This document shows positions 61,462 to 64,000 of a DNA stretch of 64,000 nt, in pieces. The stretch spans positions 1,184,001 to 1,248,000 of the forward strand of contig CAXXDN010000002.1 in the NCBI GenBank assembly GCA_963667465.2, written 5' to 3'. The stretch's first letter is position 1; every line of letters starts with the position of its first letter. This stretch comes from Dehalococcoidia bacterium (lineage in GTDB: Bacteria > Chloroflexota > Dehalococcoidia > UBA2979). A model generated the notes under the pieces. It did not search any database. It was not told the origin of the DNA and worked only from the letters and a program-made list of their open reading frames with translations. The position numbers and the translations under genes are program-made.

Positions 61462-63657
61462 TCAGCCCTCGGAGCGGGTGACCGAGACGACGCCGCGCAC
61501 GCTGTCGAGGCGGCTCATCAGGCGCGAGACCTGGGCGCGTCCCTCCGTCTCGAGGGTGAGGTGGATGATCGTCATGCGGTCCTCGTGCTCGGTACGCACG
61601 GCGACCATGTTGACCCGCTCCGCGGCTACCAGTGTGCTGATGTCGCGCAGCAACCCGACGCGGTCCCAGGCGTGGACCTCGACGGCGGCGGCGTAGAGCT
61701 CGCCCTCGCGGCCCCAGTCGCACTCGACGAAGCGCTGCGGTTCTGCGTCGCTGCGCGTGTTGTGACAGTCGCGGCGGTGCACCGTGACGCCTCGCGATCG
61801 CGTGACGTAGCCGATGATGTCGTCGCCCGGCAGCGGGCCACAGCAGCGCGCGAGCGTGACGTGCAGCCCCGCGGAGCCCAGCACGCGCACGTTAGGCGGC
61901 CCGCGCCGTACCGAGGGTGCACGCGTGGTGATCGCGGGCTGCTCGGGCAGTTGATCGGCGAGCTTCTGGCCGAGCGCCTGCAGCGAGACGTCACCGTAGC
62001 CGATCGCCGCGAGCATGTCCTCGAAGGACTCGTAGTGGAACTCGCGATGCAGCTCGTCCGGGACCTCGGCGATCCCCATGCGCTTGCGCTCTCGTTCGAG
62101 CAGTTCGCGACCCTTGGCGACGTTCTCGCCGCGCTTCTGCCGCCGGAACCACTGCCGCACCTTCTGGCGGGCGTGACTCGAGCCGAGGTAGCCGAGCTCC
62201 GGGTTCAACCAGTCCCGCGAGGGCCCGCCGTCGCGCCGCCCGCGGACGATCTCGATCACGTCCCCGTTCTGCAGCTTCGTGCCCAGCGCCACCAGCCGGC
62301 CGTTGACCCTCGCGCCCGTGCAGTGATGCCCGAGGTCGGTGTGGATGCGGTAGGCGAAGTCGATCGGGGTCGAGCCGGCGGGCAGCACACGTACATCGCC
62401 GCGAGGCGTGAAGACGAAGACCTGGTCACGGAAGACGTCCGTCTTCACCGAGTCGAGGAAGTCCTCGGTGCCGGATGCTTCCTGCTGCCACTCGATGAGG
62501 TGGCGCAGCCAGGCCATGCGCTCCTCGTACTGGCGGTCGCGCGCGCTGGCGTGCTCCTTGTAGGCCCAGTGGGCGGCGACGCCGTACTCGGCGACCTCGT
62601 GCATCTCGCGGGTGCGGATCTGCACCTCGAAGGGGCGCGCGCCGGGGCCGAGCACACTCGTGTGCAGCGACTGGTACATCGACTCCTTGGGATTACCGAC
62701 GTAGTCGTCGAAGCTGTTCGGGATCGGGTGCCAGGTCTGGTGGACGACGCCGAGCGCGTGGTAGCACTCGGCGACCGAGTTGACGATCACGCGCACGGCG
62801 AGCAGGTCGTGGATCTGGTCGAAGGATTTCCCTTCGGCGGCGTAGCGCTGCATCTTCTCGTGGATCGAGTAGAGGTGCTTGACCCGCCCGATCACCTCGG
62901 CCTCGATGCCCGCATCCTCGAGGGCCTCGCGCAGCCCACGCTCGACCCGGCGGACGAAGCGCTCGCGCTCGGCCCGCCGTGAGGCGAGCGTGGAGGCGAC
63001 GCGCCGGTAGTGCTCCGGCTCGAGCACGCGGAACGCGAGGTCTTCGAGCTGCCACTTCATCTGCCAGATCCCGAGCCGGCTCGCGAGCGGCGCGTAGATG
63101 TCCATCGTCTCGCGTGCGATCTCGCGCTGCCGCTCCGGATCCAGGTACTGGATCGTCTGCATGTTGTGCAGCCGGTCGGCGATCTTGACGATGACGACGC
63201 GGACGTCCTCCGCCATCGCCACCAGCATCTTGCGCAGCGTCTCGGCGTCCTCGGCGCTCTTGCGCGCGCCCAGCGCGACACCTGCCGAGGGCAGGTGCTC
63301 GATCTTCGTGGCGCCTTCGACGAGGCTCACGACCTCGGCGCCGAAGCGCTGGCCCAGCTCGCGGGCGCTGACGCCGCAGTCCTCGATCACGTCGTGGAGC
63401 AGCGCCGCCTGGACGGTGTGCACGTCCATGTTCAACCCTGCCACGAGGCGGGCGACCGACACGGGATGAACGATGTAGGGATCGCCGGACTTCCGCAGCT
63501 GGCCCTCGTGGCATTCGGCGGCGTAGACGTAGGCCTCGCGCGCGGCCTCGACGCGTTCGTCGGGGAGATAGTCGCGGAGCGCGTCGAGCAACTCGGCCGA
63601 GCCGTCCGGCTGTGCGTGAACCGCGCTGCCTTGCTCGCTGCGTCCGTTGCCGGTCAT
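61462..63657 (-). CDS. rel: Bifunctional (p)ppGpp synthetase/hydrolase
   Basis: RKSGDPYIVHP, LLHD, ADRLHN, GRVKH, YQSLHT, EVQIRT; TGS and ACT domains. Confidence 0.96.
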   Translation of the reverse strand: MTGNGRSEQGSAVHAQPDGSAELLDALRDYLPDERVEAAREAYVYAAECHEGQLRKSGDPYIVHPVSVARLVAGLNMDVHTVQAALLHDVIEDCGVSARELGQRFGAEVVSLVEGATKIEHLPSAGVALGARKSAEDAETLRKMLVAMAEDVRVVIVKIADRLHNMQTIQYLDPERQREIARETMDIYAPLASRLGIWQMKWQLEDLAFRVLEPEHYRRVASTLASRRAERERFVRRVERGLREALEDAGIEAEVIGRVKHLYSIHEKMQRYAAEGKSFDQIHDLLAVRVIVNSVAECYHALGVVHQTWHPIPNSFDDYVGNPKESMYQSLHTSVLGPGARPFEVQIRTREMHEVAEYGVAAHWAYKEHASARDRQYEERMAWLRHLIEWQQEASGTEDFLDSVKTDVFRDQVFVFTPRGDVRVLPAGSTPIDFAYRIHTDLGHHCTGARVNGRLVALGTKLQNGDVIEIVRGRRDGGPSRDWLNPELGYLGSSHARQKVRQWFRRQKRGENVAKGRELLERERKRMGIAEVPDELHREFHYESFEDMLAAIGYGDVSLQALGQKLADQLPEQPAITTRAPSVRRGPPNVRVLGSAGLHVTLARCCGPLPGDDIIGYVTRSRGVTVHRRDCHNTRSDAEPQRFVECDWGREGELYAAAVEVHAWDRVGLLRDISTLVAAERVNMVAVRTEHEDRMTIIHLTLETEGRAQVSRLMSRLDSVRGVVSVTRSEG

Positions 63658-63783
63658 GGGCTCTGAGCGTATGCCGGATGTGGCATCGCCGCAACGCTCG
63701 CCATGGCGAGCCGCCCGGCACACTGCGCCAGCGGCGGCGAGGCCGTAGGCTGGAATGCGGCGGACCGCGCCCCGGAGGGAACG

Positions 63784-64000
63784 ATGGCGGACCTGCAGGC
63801 GCCGCGCGGCATGAGCGACCTGTTGCCGGAGGACGAGGCCGCCTGGCGCTTCGTCCGCGACACCACGGAGCGCGTCGCCGGGTCGTTCGGCTACTCCCTG
63901 ATCGCGACCCCGATCGTCGAGGACGCGCGCGTCTTCGCGCGCACCTCGGGCGGCGAGAGCGACATCGTCTCCAAGGAGATGTACGTCTTCGAGGACCGCG
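63784..64000 (+). CDS. hisS: Histidine-tRNA ligase, 5' part (runs off the window)
   Basis: MADLQAPRGMSDLLP...FGY..IATP...DIVSKEMYVFEDR. Confidence 0.92.
   Translation, partial: MADLQAPRGMSDLLPEDEAAWRFVRDTTERVAGSFGYSLIATPIVEDARVFARTSGGESDIVSKEMYVFEDR

Overview
High-GC bacterial chromosome segment. Gene content suggests Chloroflexota, probably Dehalococcoidia (inference, not a database result): a GAAC-N4-GTTC SOS box, recA-recX-rny-ymdB, a PyrR-attenuated pyr operon and many paralogous SDRs. Plant-type LRR and Calx-beta surface proteins hint at a host-associated, possibly sponge, lifestyle. Left to right: a partial LRR protein; a nirA-narB-NRT2 nitrate assimilation cassette with two matching 11-bp-periodic operator arrays; an NCS2 permease fused to a degenerate HATPase-like domain; an SDR/esterase/MDR/DUF35/MaoC catabolic cluster; tRNA-Asn; PAC2; and a coupled pyrR-pyrB-pyrC-carA-GNAT-2H-carB-HAD-chrA-pyrK operon. 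Next come a FitAB-type TA pair; an mrp-NYN operon with a long structured upstream region; a small Zn-ribbon gene; pyrD; a decayed halocin-C8-like peptide gene with a membrane partner; tRNA-Pro; a radical SAM gene; yggS-proC-yggT-yggT; recA-recX-rny-ymdB-PHP; tRNA-Asp; two cyclophilins; and a DinB-family gene. The window ends with a ~4.9-kb decayed island at tRNA-Arg carrying a giant repeat surface protein, then an epoxide hydrolase, comM, rel and the start of hisS. The best novelty candidates are the structured RNA + CxxC-less Mrp + Arg-rich NYN nuclease module, the permease-pseudo-HATPase fusion, the accessory genes and probable CTG start in the pyr operon, and the tRNA-Arg island. All calls are by eye from motifs; no searches were run.
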